DNA of 64,000 nt from the NCBI RefSeq assembly GCF_964213995.1, contig NC_135808.1, forward strand, positions 101,990,001 through 102,054,000, written 5' to 3'. Positions within the stretch are counted from its first letter, which is position 1. The number at the start of each line of letters is the position of its first letter. This DNA is from Mustelus asterias. Its lineage: Eukaryota. Under the pieces are notes generated by a model. It was not told the origin of the DNA and did no database searches. It saw nothing but the letters and a program-made list of their open reading frames with translations. Of this stretch, positions 11,150 to 23,240 are shown piece after piece. A program made the translations under genes and the position numbers.

Positions 11150-11690
11150 AGAGGGGCTTGAGGGTGGACATCGATGTCACAGCAAGGTGGCCCTTCAGCC
11201 TGGCAGTGCCAAAGGGCCATGGGCAATGTTCTTCCAGGAGGTAGGTCCTCCAGTAAGTTGGAGTTAGAAGCACAGGCACACAGTTTGGGTAGCAACACCT
11301 CCTGGCCACCTGTAGGGGCAATCCCAGCACGGGCCAAGTGGCAAAAGGTTGCAGAGGGGACGACAACCAGGTACCAGTGCAGAGAAGATTGTACCCTGCA
11401 GCAAGGGTATGCAAACAGATGGGCTACCTGCAGATGACAGAGAGGCCATGACTGATTTTTGTACCATATTGATAGAGGAGGTGAGCTCTGTTTTCACTGG
11501 TGGTCACCTGATGCCAGTGGCCATAAAGGTCACCATGGTCCTGAATTTCTATGGGTCCAGCTCATTCCAGTGGTCCATTGGAGACACGTGTGACATCCCC
11601 TGATCAGCAGCACTCCACTGCATCAAGATAGTGACCAATGCTCTCTTCAGGAGGGCAACCATTACATACATCACTGACCACAAGAGCAAA
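11150..11690 (+). pseudogene. Harbinger (HARBI1-like) transposase relic
   Basis: MPVAIKVTMVLNFYGSSSFQWSIGDTCDI parallels VAGKVTAVLNFYTTGSFQ at 48041-48250. Confidence 0.7.
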
Positions 11691-11777
11691 ATACCGCAGA
11701 TGCCAGAATACTGAAATAAAAATAAAATGGTGGCAATACTCAGCCGGCATCTGTGGAGAGAAACAGAGTCAATGTTT

Positions 11778-12068
11778 AAAGTTAATTTATTAGTCACAAG
11801 TAGGCTTACATTAACACGGCAATGAAATTACTGTGACTTCATTCCTGCACCACACTCCGGCACCTGTTCGGGTACACTGAGGGAGAATTTTTTTTCATGG
11901 CCAATTCACCTAACCTGCTCATCTTTGGACTGTGGGAGGAAACCGGAGCACCCAGACACAGGGAGAACATGCAAACTCCACACAGACAGTGGCCCAAGCC
12001 GGGAATTGAATCTGGGTCCCTGGCGCTGTGAGGCAGCAGTGCTAACCACTGTGCCACCACGCCGCCCC
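11778..12068 (-). mobile_element. HE1-like tRNA SINE (tail type 2)
   Basis: Head GGTGGCACAGTGGTTAGCACTGCTGCCTCACAGCGCC; tail GTAAGCCTACTTGTGACTAATAAA. Confidence 0.88.
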
Positions 12069-12107
12069 TTTCAGCCCAATATGACTCTTTGAAGAAGAAA
12101 TAAATAG

Positions 12108-12485
12108 TGTGGTGGAGAAGGCATATGGAATGCTTGCCTTCATTAGCCGGGGCATAGACTATAGGAGCAGGAAGGTCTTGGTACAACTTTATAAAAGATT
12201 GGTTAGATGGAGTATTGTGTGCAGTTACACAATCGGAGGGAAATGGTTGCACTGGAGAGGCTGCAAAGGAGGTTCACCAGGATGTTGCCTGGGATGGAAA
12301 GTTTCAGCTATGAGGAGAGACTACATAGGTTGGATTTGTTTCCCCTGGAGCAGAGGCTGAGGGGGGGAATCTGACAGAAGTATACAAAATTATGAGAGAC
12401 ATAGATTGGGTAGATTGTAAAAATCTTTTCCCCACGGCAGAGGTGTCTAAGACCAGAGGGCATAGGTTTAGAGGGGATCAGAGGA
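12108..12485 (+). mobile_element. Degenerate CR1 ORF2 fragment
   Basis: KAYGMLAFISRGIDYRS, KTRGHRF. Confidence 0.8.
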
Positions 12486-12639
12486 GGGGATCAGAAGCTT
12501 TCATAGTTAGACAAGGAGGTCTTCTCTTTCTGTCCCTCGGCCTCATGCCTTGTCCGAGTAACCCGGGGGAAGAACATGCATGGAATTGTCACTGAGCTGT
12601 GTCAAATTGGTGACCTACACCAATAATGCCCGGTTAAAG

Positions 12640-13100
12640 CCATGGCTCAGTTGATAAACACTTATCCTTCTGAGTCAGAAGTTTTTAGCTTCAAATCCCA
12701 CTTCAAGAATTGAACAAAAAAAATCAAAGCTGCCACTCTTGTGCAGTACTGAGGGTGTGCTGCATTGTCAGAGGTGTTACCCTTCAGGTGAGACATTAAA
12801 CTGAGGCCCTATCTGCCCTTTGGGTGGTCATTAAAGATTCCCTGTGGCAGTGCTTTGAGAAAGAGCAGGGGAAATATCCCTGGTGTTCTGGCCAACATTT
12901 ATCCCTCAATTAACATCCCCAAAACTGATTATCTGCCAATTAACACATTGCTGTTTATGGGAGCTTGCTGTGCACAATTTGGCTGTCATATTTCCTACTT
13001 TACAACAGTGACTACATTTCAACTGTACCTCATTGTCTGTAAGGTGTTTTGAGACAGCCTCTAATTGTGAAAGATGTGATATAAATGCATTTTGTTCTTT
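12640..13100 (+). mobile_element. Deu-domain SINE (SacSINE1/AmnSINE1-related), near full length
   Basis: tRNA-like head, GAGACATTAAACTGAGGCCC...CTGGCCAACATTTATCCCTCA...TTGCTGTGCACAATTTGGCTG core, ATATAAATGCA tail; recognised from memory of the consensus. Confidence 0.8.
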
Positions 13101-13864
13101 CAGCACCATCAGTCCGCAGTGAGTGAAGCAGAATTGCTATGGCCTAAGAAGCAACCTGTACCAGAAGTGCTCTTCCCTTAGATTCTTCCTCCACCTATTC
13201 CTCGAGCTCCTCTCAGCACTTACCTGAGAGTCACTTCCTGTGAAGGCACAGATCCAAATTTCATCTTCAACCTCAAATAAGCTGCCTCTGGAGTCATGAC
13301 TGGCAGCCTGCGTATGCCAATTACAACTGAGCCTCAGGCCTCCAGCATCTGCCTCGTGTTTGTGACTTGCTGCCTCTTTCGGGTCTGAAAATGGGCTTAA
13401 ACCAAATCCTGGTGAGGGTCAAGTTGTAATTATACTTTCCCATCTGCGGAGGTTCTACAGTGCCACTGCTGGCAGGCAGATGCAATTACAGTGTGTCGCG
13501 TTCAGGTTAGCCCTTTCCATTATAAATGTGCGCAGTCACATTTAAACAGAAACATAAAGATCATAACAGACTGTATGACTGTAACATAGGTATTAGGTGT
13601 TGATCCAATGAACCGCTACCATCTCATCCCACTCATCTGAAGACTACACTTGGTCACAATTTCCCCCTATGCAACATTGTGACAGATTGACTGGATATAA
13701 AGCAATGTCATTTCCTGGTGAATTAATCAGCAGAAGGAGGAAGCGGACAATCGATGTTGCTCCAATGTCCAATCCTTAAGTGGACAATGGTTCAGGCAAA
13801 GGATATATTTTGTCAAGCAGCACCACAGTGGAGGTTTCTAATGCCCCTCACACTTATTTATTTA

Positions 13865-14100
13865 TTTATTTATTAGTGTCACAAGTAAGCTTACATTAAC
13901 ACTGCAATGAAGTTACCGTGAAAGTCCCCTCGTCGCCACACCCTGGTGCCTGTTCAGAGGGAGAATTAGGGAGAACTGAGGGAGAATTTAGCATGGCCAA
14001 TGCACCTAACCAGCACGTTTTTTCAGACTGTGGGAGGAAGCACCTTAACGAAACCCACGCAGATACAGGTAGAACGTGCACACTCCACACAGACAGTGAC
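13865..14100 (-). mobile_element. HE1-like SINE, 5'-truncated (tail type 2)
   Basis: Homologous to 11778-12068. Confidence 0.85.
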
Positions 14101-14289
14101 CTTCTATTTCTCTCCAGTGATGTATGTTTTGGATTAGTCCTAAGTTAAGCATACCTGATTGAGAGTTAGATCCAAAAATTAGCTGGCTCGCAAAAACTGT
14201 GAAATATTTGTCACTAACGATAATGCAAAACGAGATGATTTATTTGACGGATGCTTTCTGATGGGAAGGATATGCAGTGCAGTGCTCCA

Positions 14290-15395
14290 GTCATCAGTAT
14301 GAAGCTCATTGCTCCTCTTGTTAAATAAATGACTTGGATTTAGGAATGGGGAGTACAATTTTGAAGTTTGCAGATGATACAAAATGTGGTAGCTCAGTAA
14401 ACAGTGAATACGATAGTAACAGATTTCAGGAGGGCGGTGAACTGACACATGACAGGTGCAGTTTAATGTGGGCAAGTGTGAATTGAAGCACTTAAAGGCA
14501 TGGAGAGACAGTATAAGCTAAGTTATACTATTTTGCAAGGGACCTTCGGCACTTATTCGCAAACCTTTGAAGAAGACAGAGCAAGTTTATAAGGCAGTTT
14601 TTTAAAAAATGAATTCATGGGTGTTGCTGGCTGGGCCAGCATTTATTGCCAGTCCCTAGTCACCCTTGAACTCAGTGGCTTGCTTGCAGAGGACAGTTGA
14701 GAGTCAACCACATCGCAGTGGGTCTGGAGCCACAGGTAGGCCAGACAAGGTAAAGACGACATATTTCCTTCCCTAAAGGACATTAGTTGAGAAAGCATAT
14801 GGGATACTTATACACAGAAAAAAAAGTCAGGCTAAACTTTTACAAATCTCTGGTTAGGCCTCAACCGGGAGTATTGTAGCCAATTCTGGGCAACACACTT
14901 TTAAGAAAGTTGTCAAGGTCGAGGGGAGTGTAGAAGGGAGGTGTACCAGGGTGATACCAGGGATCAGGGAGTTCATCTATGTGAAGGCACTGGAGAAGCT
15001 GAAATTGCTCTCTAGAGAAAATGTTAAACCTAATTGAGATATGTAAATTATGAGTGCTTTTTGTGGAACAGGTAGAAACTATTTCCCTTGGAGATAGGTT
15101 GGTAGCACGAGGTCACAATTTGAAAGTAATTGGCAAAAGAGCTGAGGGAAAACACAGAGATATTTCTTACATAATGGGCTATTAAGGCCAGGAAAGCACT
15201 TCTTGAAAGGGTAGTGAAATAGATTCCACTGGATCTTTTAAAAAGCAATTGGACATGTACTTGATGAAGATTAATTTACTGGGTTATAGGGAAAAAGGTG
15301 TCGAAGAATAAATTGGAAAGTTCTTTCAAAGGGCAAGGACAGGGCTGACAAGCCAAATGGCCCTGTTTTCTGCTTTGAGATTCTTTGCTTCTATG
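14290..15395 (+). mobile_element. Old CR1 fragment interrupted by a SINE family A piece (~14610-14790, minus)
   Basis: AAGTTTGCAGATGATACAAAA (KFADDTK), degenerate LVRP.EYC, CR1-like tail. Confidence 0.7.
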
Positions 15396-15944
15396 ATTGT
15401 CTGATCATTCAACTCGCGTTAGCTTGACTTACAGTTCAACAGGTATTCTTCCTTTCAAAGGTTACACTAAGAATTTGTGGTGTAGTAAAAAGCTGTTGAG
15501 GTCCAAGCAGATTTGCAACCCGGAGATATTACAGTGGGAACGCATTGTTGTGAAAGGGCCTAGAAATGTAAATTTACAACTTTTTAAACATGTCAAAATT
15601 TGCATAACTAGTAGCTTTACTAGGACCAGTCTGTTCACCGTCCTCCCTTTGTCTCAGTCCTTTCCCCTCCATTACAAATACTGTCCCTCACAATGTTTTC
15701 TCACAGAAGGACTATAAAACGCGGTCTTCCAAGAAATCCCCCACCTGATTAAAATATGAGCACACTTGGATTGACTTCTTAGTTTTGAAAGCTGCTGCAG
15801 AAAAAGCAGGTTCCTCCGATTGTGCTTACTAATGGTGAATGCTTTTGTGGAACAGGTAGGAACTTGGGAGGAAACATTTGGGAGGAAAATTCCTCGGTGT
15901 GTTGTAATCACGCTTCAAGAAAAAACATTAGTTGATAAATGTAT

Positions 15945-16225
15945 TGTATTTATTTATTAGTCACAAGTAGACTTACATTAACACTGCAATGAAGTTACTG
16001 TGAAAATCCCTTAGTTGCCACACTCCGGCGCCTGTTCGGGTACACTGAGGGAGATTTTAGCATGGCCAGTGCACCGAATCAGCATGTCTTTTGGACTGTG
16101 GGAGGAAACCGGAGCACCTGGAGGAAACCCACGCAGACACGGGGAGAACATGCAGACTCCTCACAGACAGTATCCCAATCCAAGAATTGAACCCGGGACC
16201 CTGGTGCTGTGAGGCAGCAGTGCTT
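15945..16225 (-). mobile_element. HE1-like SINE (tail type 2)
   Basis: Homologous to 11778-12068. Confidence 0.88.
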
Positions 16226-17099
16226 GCTTGAATTTCCCCCTTTTGTGAGATATGAAATCAGTTTTTAATTGAACATAGATATCTCTTACAGTTTCAGGTA
16301 TAGTGTAACCACCCAAGAACTTCCCCGATCCTATTTGGTGCTGGTATCGTCTGCGATTTCTAGCCCAGAAATGAGAGTGGGTTTCAGTGCTGTCCAATAA
16401 ATCATTCTGGTAGGCAAGTGTAAGTGATGTGAGAGGGCAAGACATCAAAAAAGAACTTGCTCTTTGAAATCAAACTGCGGCCCTTTGTAGTGCTCATTGA
16501 TCTGACATTTTACTTTTCACTGGTCAGTGAGAGGAGATCAAGGATATCAGAAAACAATTAGTAACTCCAATTTTCTGGGCATCATTGCTAAAATATAATC
16601 ACCCATTTAGGCGAATAAATTCTGATATTGAAATCGTGACAGAAGACAATTGTATCAAACATTCTTTTATCAATAAGATCCTTTAGACAATTGTTTGCTC
16701 TTAGTGCTGACAGCACATGACTTCAGTTCACATGGAATAGAGTATCATAAAATATTTAACCACTATTTTCTTTAGAACACACACTCAATGAAAGAAGTTC
16801 CAAGTTGTCATTTACCTAAAAACAATCTCCTCATCTATGGCAAACAAGGCTTATTGCAGTTGCAGTGTCAATGTGAAGTTGAGTTCTTCATAAAAGCTAG
16901 ATCAATGTAATTTATTCCCTTCCCCTCTGTAATCATTTTATGGCAACTATTTCAATATTATGGAGTCACTGTTTCTTTGCTAATCTTTTATCATGTGCTA
17001 CCATTGGCTGCCAGTGATGATGGTACATTAACAAGCAGTGCCCTTCATTGTGACATCAAAACCACCCTAACATAGAAAGTAAGCTTTTGTCTTCCTATA

Positions 17100-18076
17100 T
17101 TTCAGTGCTGGGACCTCTGTATTTTGTAATATATATAAATGATTTGGAGGAAAATGTAGGTGGTCTGATTAGTAAATTTGCAGATGATACAAAAATTGGG
17201 AGAGTGGTGGATAGTGAGGAGGATTGTCAGAGGATACAGCAGGATATAAATCAGCGGGAGACCCAGACCGAAAGATGGCAGATGGAATTTAACCCGGACA
17301 AATGTGAGATGATACGATCTGGAAGGCCTACTGCAAAAGGAAAGTATACAGTAAATGGTTGAGCCCTTAGAAATATTAACATACAGAGGGATCTAGGCGT
17401 GCAGATCCACAGTTCCCTGAAGGTGGCAACTCAGCTGGACAAGGGGTCAAGAAGGTATATGGCATGCTGGCCTTCATCGGTCTGGGTGTTGAGTATAGGA
17501 ATTGGAAAATCATGTTTCAGCTGCATAAGATGTTGGTTAGGCTGCTTTTGGAGTATTGTGTGCAATTCTGGTTGCCACATGACCGGAAGGATGTTGATGC
17601 ATTGGAATGGATGCAAAAGAGATTTACCAGGATGTTGCCTGGTTTGGAGGATATGGACTATGAAGAAAGGTTGAACAAAGTTGGATTGTCTTCATTGGAG
17701 CGTTGGAGGTTGAGGAGGGGCCTGATAGGGGTTTACAAGATTATGACAGGCTTGAATAGAGTGAATTGTCAGAGTCTTTTCCCAGGATCAAAGGGTCAAT
17801 TACTCAGGGGCATAGCTTGAAAGTGAGGGGGGGAAAGTTTAAAAGAGATATAAGGGGCAAGCTTTTCACACAGAGAGTGATGAATGCCTGGAACGTGCTG
17901 CCGGATAAGGTGGTGGAAGCAGATTCATCAGAGGCATCTGGATAGGTATATGAATAGGCAGGGAATAGAGGGATATGGACCACATTGGGGCAAGAAAATA
18001 TTAGACTAGAGAGGCATCTGTTTCAGCACAGACTTGGTGGGCCAAAGGGCCTGTTACTGTGCTGTATTGTTCTTTG
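17100..18076 (+). mobile_element. CR1 3' fragment, frameshifted
   Basis: SVLGPLYFVIYINDL, KFADDTK, WQMEFNPDKC; CR1 tail. Confidence 0.92.
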
Positions 18077-19564
18077 TACATTTCATACTACTGAATGCCA
18101 AATTCCCTTCAGCGAACCAAGCATTAGAAGGAGCAATGTGACTACAATTTTGATAACCACACTGGGAATCCTAGATCAAGACCATAGTGATCTATAATTA
18201 TACCCTCAATCTTTATAGCATGCTACCAGCCATTCCTATAACCAACTAAGCATGGTTTTGATGCAATTATCTTTATACAACAGTTAATTTTAATGAATTA
18301 TGGCCCTTTTTATTCCTTCACACAATCCCATTGCACATAGCATGTGACATTTAACTATTGCTTTCTTTAGTCCCTGGCCCGACCCATTACCTAAAATTGC
18401 TCTTTGAGAAGATGCTAAATTAGCCCTTTTTTTCCCCTTCTTGGCAAGCTGTACTGTTGTGGGTGATGCCGAATTGCTTCGAATACATCTCGTTGCAGGA
18501 AATTTAAAAAAGCCTATGTGCGAGACTCGCTTCCAAAAATAATCTTCCAGCCCAGGTAATACAAAACCACTCTTGTGAAAAGACTCCTTAAGTCGCTCTG
18601 CACATAGGTTTCATTTACATCTGGAAGAGGTGGTCATCCGATTTTGTCGCGCAAATGAACACCGCTGTGTACAGCTACCGGAGTTAAAGCATCGCAGCCA
18701 TCGTTCTGCATTATGTCCGCTTTGCACTTTTTTTTCTTCTGCTCTGAAAGAACCCAGATCAATTTTCTACAAACACAACCTTTATACCGGGAACTATTTA
18801 AGCTAGCTGATGAGAGATGATGAATGTTGAGTCACAAGAGGTTGGTGCGAGGGCAAAATGCAGTTACAACTTAAATATCATAACGTGAACATATGTGCAG
18901 TGGAAATGATTCAGTGCAGACCTTCTCTGAATCTATAGTTCCATTTTAATGTACATGTTGAAGGCAAGTTAATTTTTGCAACTTAAACATCCCCCACACA
19001 TCCCTGATAATTCTAGTTGCCCATTTTAAACTTGTAATATAGCTAAGGTTCTACAAAAACATTCCCGACATTAAACATTTTAAAATTATTGCATTTAATG
19101 ATTATAGGCTCTAACCTCCTCCCCAAAAGCCACATGTTCAAAATGGCTTTATTACCTTGTAAGAAAGAGATTGTCGTAATTTCTTTACATAGAAAGGTAT
19201 GAAATGCTATGAAAGTAGCACAAAGAATGTGTCTGATCTTTCGAACGTTTTAAAAGGAAAACACTATATAAAACAATCAAAATAACTGGAAACATATTGT
19301 AAAAAAAGCAGCACTCAAACAATAATGCAGAGGCGGGTGACACTGGATGGCCCCACATCATGAAGTATTTGATTTCAGCTTTGCTACTCTGGGAAAAGAG
19401 TTTGTGCAGGCCAGGTGCAAACAAATTCAAATTCAAATTTTGCCAAAACTAGTTATTTTCACGAACACAATTGAATAATGGCTGAATTGAACACCATTGA
19501 ATAATGATCTCCCATAAGATAAGATGATCTCCCAAACAGAAACAACCCAGCAACAGTTTGCAAA

Positions 19565-19712
19565 AACATACTGGAAACTCTTAAGCAAAACACTGCAGCT
19601 GCTGGAAATCTGAAACAAGAACAAAAACTGTTGGAAAAGCCCAGCAGGTCAGGCAGTATCTGTGGAGAGAAACAGACTTAAACTTTCAGGTCGATGATGT
19701 TTCATCAGAATT
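19565..19712 (-). mobile_element. Penelope pLTR-derived fragment
   Basis: Homologous to the 1116-1245 arm; degenerate CTGATGAAA...TGAAAG. Confidence 0.6.
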
Positions 19713-19719
19713 GAAAACT

Positions 19720-20162
19720 CTGCCGCCTGCATCGATTACTTGCACCCGATCCCTGTTCACCCATTGCCCCAGTGCCCACAGACCTACATTAGCTCCCAGT
19801 TCAACAACGTCTCGATTTAATAATTCTCACCCCGTTTCCATATCCTGCCATTGCCTCACCCTCTCTATCATTGCAAACTGCTTCACAACTTTTTAAGCAA
19901 TTTGTGCTCCTTGAATCTGGCCTCTTGAGAATTCCCAATCTTAATTGCTTCACCATTAGTGGCCATGCCTTCAGCTCTGAGGTCCTATAAACTCTGAAAA
20001 ATCTCTCCTTAAACCCCCTCTGCCTTTCGACCTCACTTTCTTTCTCTAAAATGTTCCTCAAGGCCTACATCTGTCCAAGCTATTAACCACCTTATGTTTC
20101 AGCATGAAGTTCTGCTTTACATTGCCAGTCTTTCTGTGTTACCCTAAATATAAATGCAAGTA
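19720..20162 (+). mobile_element. Old L2-type LINE 3' fragment
   Basis: ACCATTAGTGGCCATGCCTTCAGC and ATATAAATGCAAG terminus. Confidence 0.65.
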
Positions 20163-20164
20163 AA

Positions 20165-20385
20165 TGAGAGTGGTGGGTGCCTGGAACGCGCTGCCAGTAG
20201 AGGTAGTGGAAGCAGGCACACTAGCAACATTTAAGAGGCATCTGCATGGGTACATGAATAGGGAGGGAATACGGACCCAGTAAGGGCAGGAGGTTTTTTT
20301 TTAGTTTAGTTAGGGCATCATGATCAGCACAGACTTGGAGGGCCGAAGGGCCTGTTCCTGCGCTGTACTTTTCTTTGTTCTTTGT
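20165..20385 (+). mobile_element. CR1 3' end
   Basis: RVVGAWNALP-encoding sequence; GGGCCGAAGGGCCTGTT and (TTCTTTG)n. Confidence 0.85.
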
Positions 20386-21727
20386 TCCTGCATACCATTA
20401 CCTATTCAATATTTATCTCCCCTTTACTGCAGTTTTTCAGACTGTACATGTCCTTCACACGGAAAGCTCTCTTCTTACTGGATTTACTTTTAAATCATTT
20501 AAATTCTGCATTCAAGTTTATGCATTCTTGCTGTGTATTTCCTTACCAGAAGAATCATTTTCTATCAATCTTGTTAATTCGCTTCATAATTTTGAACACA
20601 TCACAAAACTCCTTTACCTCTCCATCTCTAAGGCATGTAATGCAAGAGAAACATTATCTACACTTTGCAGATGACAGTAGTCTCGTTGTCCAGTGTGAAT
20701 CAGGTTAGCAAGTCACTCTCAGTCTCTTCAATTCTGCATGCAAGAAACTGGGCCTGTCCTTGAATGTTGCCAAAACAAAACTCATGTATCAACCCACACC
20801 CGGCCTGCCAAATACTCCACTTCCATTTATGTTGAAGGCAGAGTTGGATATAACGTTCCTGGGGCCCCGTGTTCACCTTCATTTCTGGGATCCGCCCGAC
20901 CCCTGCGACCTCACATACTCTTCCCCTGCAAGTCTGCAATCTTCCCCCTACTTCCCCCAAGCTCCTCCCCTCACAGTCTCCCCCCCACCACCTCCCATCC
21001 CCTTACACTCTCTCCCCGCCCCCCCCCCCCCCCACCTCTCCCGCTCTCCCGCTCTCACAATCTAACTCACCTCACTGTCTCCTTGTGGCTTGATTTGAGG
21101 CATGGCACCTCACCTCACTGCTGCCGACCTGCCCTCAGCCCTGGGTCGAGTCACCTGCTCGTCTCGCCTGCTGCTCCCCTCAGAGCTTGACCTCACCTCA
21201 TGGTGGCTTCTGGCGCCTCACGCCCCGCTGTTGCTGGCTTGCCCTCAGCCCTCGCAAACCTGCTTGCCTTTCACAAAACCTCAGCAGCCTTTGCCTCTCC
21301 CTCCTCACCGAATCGCCTCTCTGCTCCTCGCGTGTGCCTCAAGTTAAACATTCGTACGGTTCAGACTAGTGTTTTTCCACTCTTTCGGAATCACCAATCG
21401 GAGTCTGATTTCACTCCGCATTGCCCACTGATAGGCTGAAATGAGCCTTTGAGCAAATGCAGAGCAATCAGGCTCTGATTGGATGCCCAGTGCATCGGCT
21501 GGCACAGACCCCCTCCCCATTGGTCAAGGCTCTGGGCCTAGGCACCGTGGGTTTCACTGTAAATTCACCTCAGGTTGAAGCAGAGATTCTGGATTATATT
21601 ATCCCCATTCTCGGGCAGCTACCTCTCTCACTGATCCAACACCGGATCAGCTAAGCCAGCTCAGCTTTCTCCAAACTGCAGGGAGTGTTTGACAGCAAAC
21701 GCCTCCACAGATCAACAAAAGTTCTAG

Positions 21728-22671
21728 GCCAGGATTTTTAAGATGGCAGGATTTCCCATCCCATCACCTGGAGAGTTGGTGGGGAACACACCCCCGCCGA
21801 CACTGCTCAGCAGCCATTTCACACCCCAGCAAGCATTATTTGTGATGCACCATCAATCGAGCAAAGACTAGTTTGTATGCAAGAACAAATAGGCTTTTAT
21901 TAGCAAAAGACTTGGAGCACACCCATGCCGATGAACTGGTCCAGACTGAGGCAGGGGGGTGGGGAGCAGTCGCCTTTATACCTGGACCAGGGAGGGGGAG
22001 GAGTCCTGGGCAGGGCCGGCAGGGACGTGTCCAGGCATGTCACACACACAGGCAATAAGCTAACAGTGGTTTACCACAATTTGGCTGCAGCCGGATTTCT
22101 GCCCCTCGCTCGGAAGGGATTCTCGCCTCAGAGAGCTGCTGGTCCATTGGTAGCTGTCTGGTTCCTGTAGTGTCAGAAGATGCAGTGGGCAGGGCTGGGA
22201 CTGCAGGCCATCCCCAGAGCCTAGCTCCCGGGTATGTAGAAAGAGGTAAGTTTTAGGGTTCTCAGGGTGGGCAGGTATGAGAGGTCTGGGGGAGGGAGGG
22301 TGGACAGTCGAGGATTGGGGTGTCAGACAGAGGCTGGGGGGGTGGGTGGGAGAGAGGAGTGGAGCGAAGTCCACTGGTTACCACACCTCCAAAGTTAAAG
22401 GGGCCCACTCTCCTGCATGAAGCTGATTATTTTTGGTCTTTTGCCATACCAACAAACTGATCCCACCAGTCTAAAAATTGAGGTTGGGCAGGAAATGACC
22501 TTAAAGTGGTCAATAATTGGTCACATAAGGGCTCTAATGGAGCAGGAACAAGTGAGGCCTCACCTACCCAAGCAAAAAATTGCAAAGAGGTCAGTGGAAA
22601 GACAATCTGAGGAATTTTACACTCACTCCCTGCCTATAAACCCACCAGAGGGGAGCGTAAAATCCAGGCTG
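21728..22671. mobile_element. Non-autonomous Harbinger-like element
   Basis: Imperfect TIRs GCCAGGATTTT / AAAATCCAGGC with TAG on both sides (21725-21727, 22672-22674); removal rejoins RTE STKVL-VYRAVV. Confidence 0.65.
21843..22078 (-). mobile_element. Solo LTR
   Basis: TG...CA ends, perfect 5-bp TSD ATTTG, TATAAA and AATAAA on minus. Confidence 0.85.
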
Positions 22672-22994
22672 TAGTATACAGAGCAGTTGTCACCACCATT
22701 CTCCTGTACTGTAGTGCGAGCCGGACTGTTTATCAGTGACGCATAGGATCATCAGAGAAATTCCATTAGCAACACCTCCACCTCTCGATTCAGTGGGAAG
22801 ACCACTGAACAAGCATTCTTATCCCTCTCAAAACCAGCCCCACATGCAATCAGGTGAACCTCTTGCAAAATCAACTGTGGTGGATTCATCGTACTCATCG
22901 TGTAATGATCCTCAGGTTAAAGCACCACCAGTCAGCTTTACCTCACAAAGCGGAGAGCAGCCTACGGTCATCTGAGACTACGCCAACTTTGCCT

Positions 22995-23240
22995 TTATTT
23001 TACGGTTAATCCACCTAACCTACGCATCTTTGAACACTAATGGCAATTTAACATAGCCAATCCACCTAACCTGCACATCCTTTGGACTGTGGGAGAAAAA
23101 CAGAGCACCTGGAGGAAACTCACGCAGACACGGGGAGAACGTGCAAATTCCACACACAGATAGTCACCCAAGGCCGGAATTGAAATCGGGTCCCTGGCGC
23201 TGTGAGGTAGCAGTGCTAACCACTGTGCCACCGTGCCGCC
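22995..23240 (-). mobile_element. HE1-like SINE
   Basis: Head GGCGGCACGGTGGCACAGTGGTTAGCAC. Confidence 0.88.

Larger units (their letters stand above)
20650..22900 (+). mobile_element. Old RTE-type LINE fragment split by nested insertions
   Basis: LHFADDSSLV...KLGLSLNVAKTKLMYQP (20650-20845); IQHRIS*ASSAFSKL (~21630-21725); VYRAVVTTILLY (22674 onward). Confidence 0.7.
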
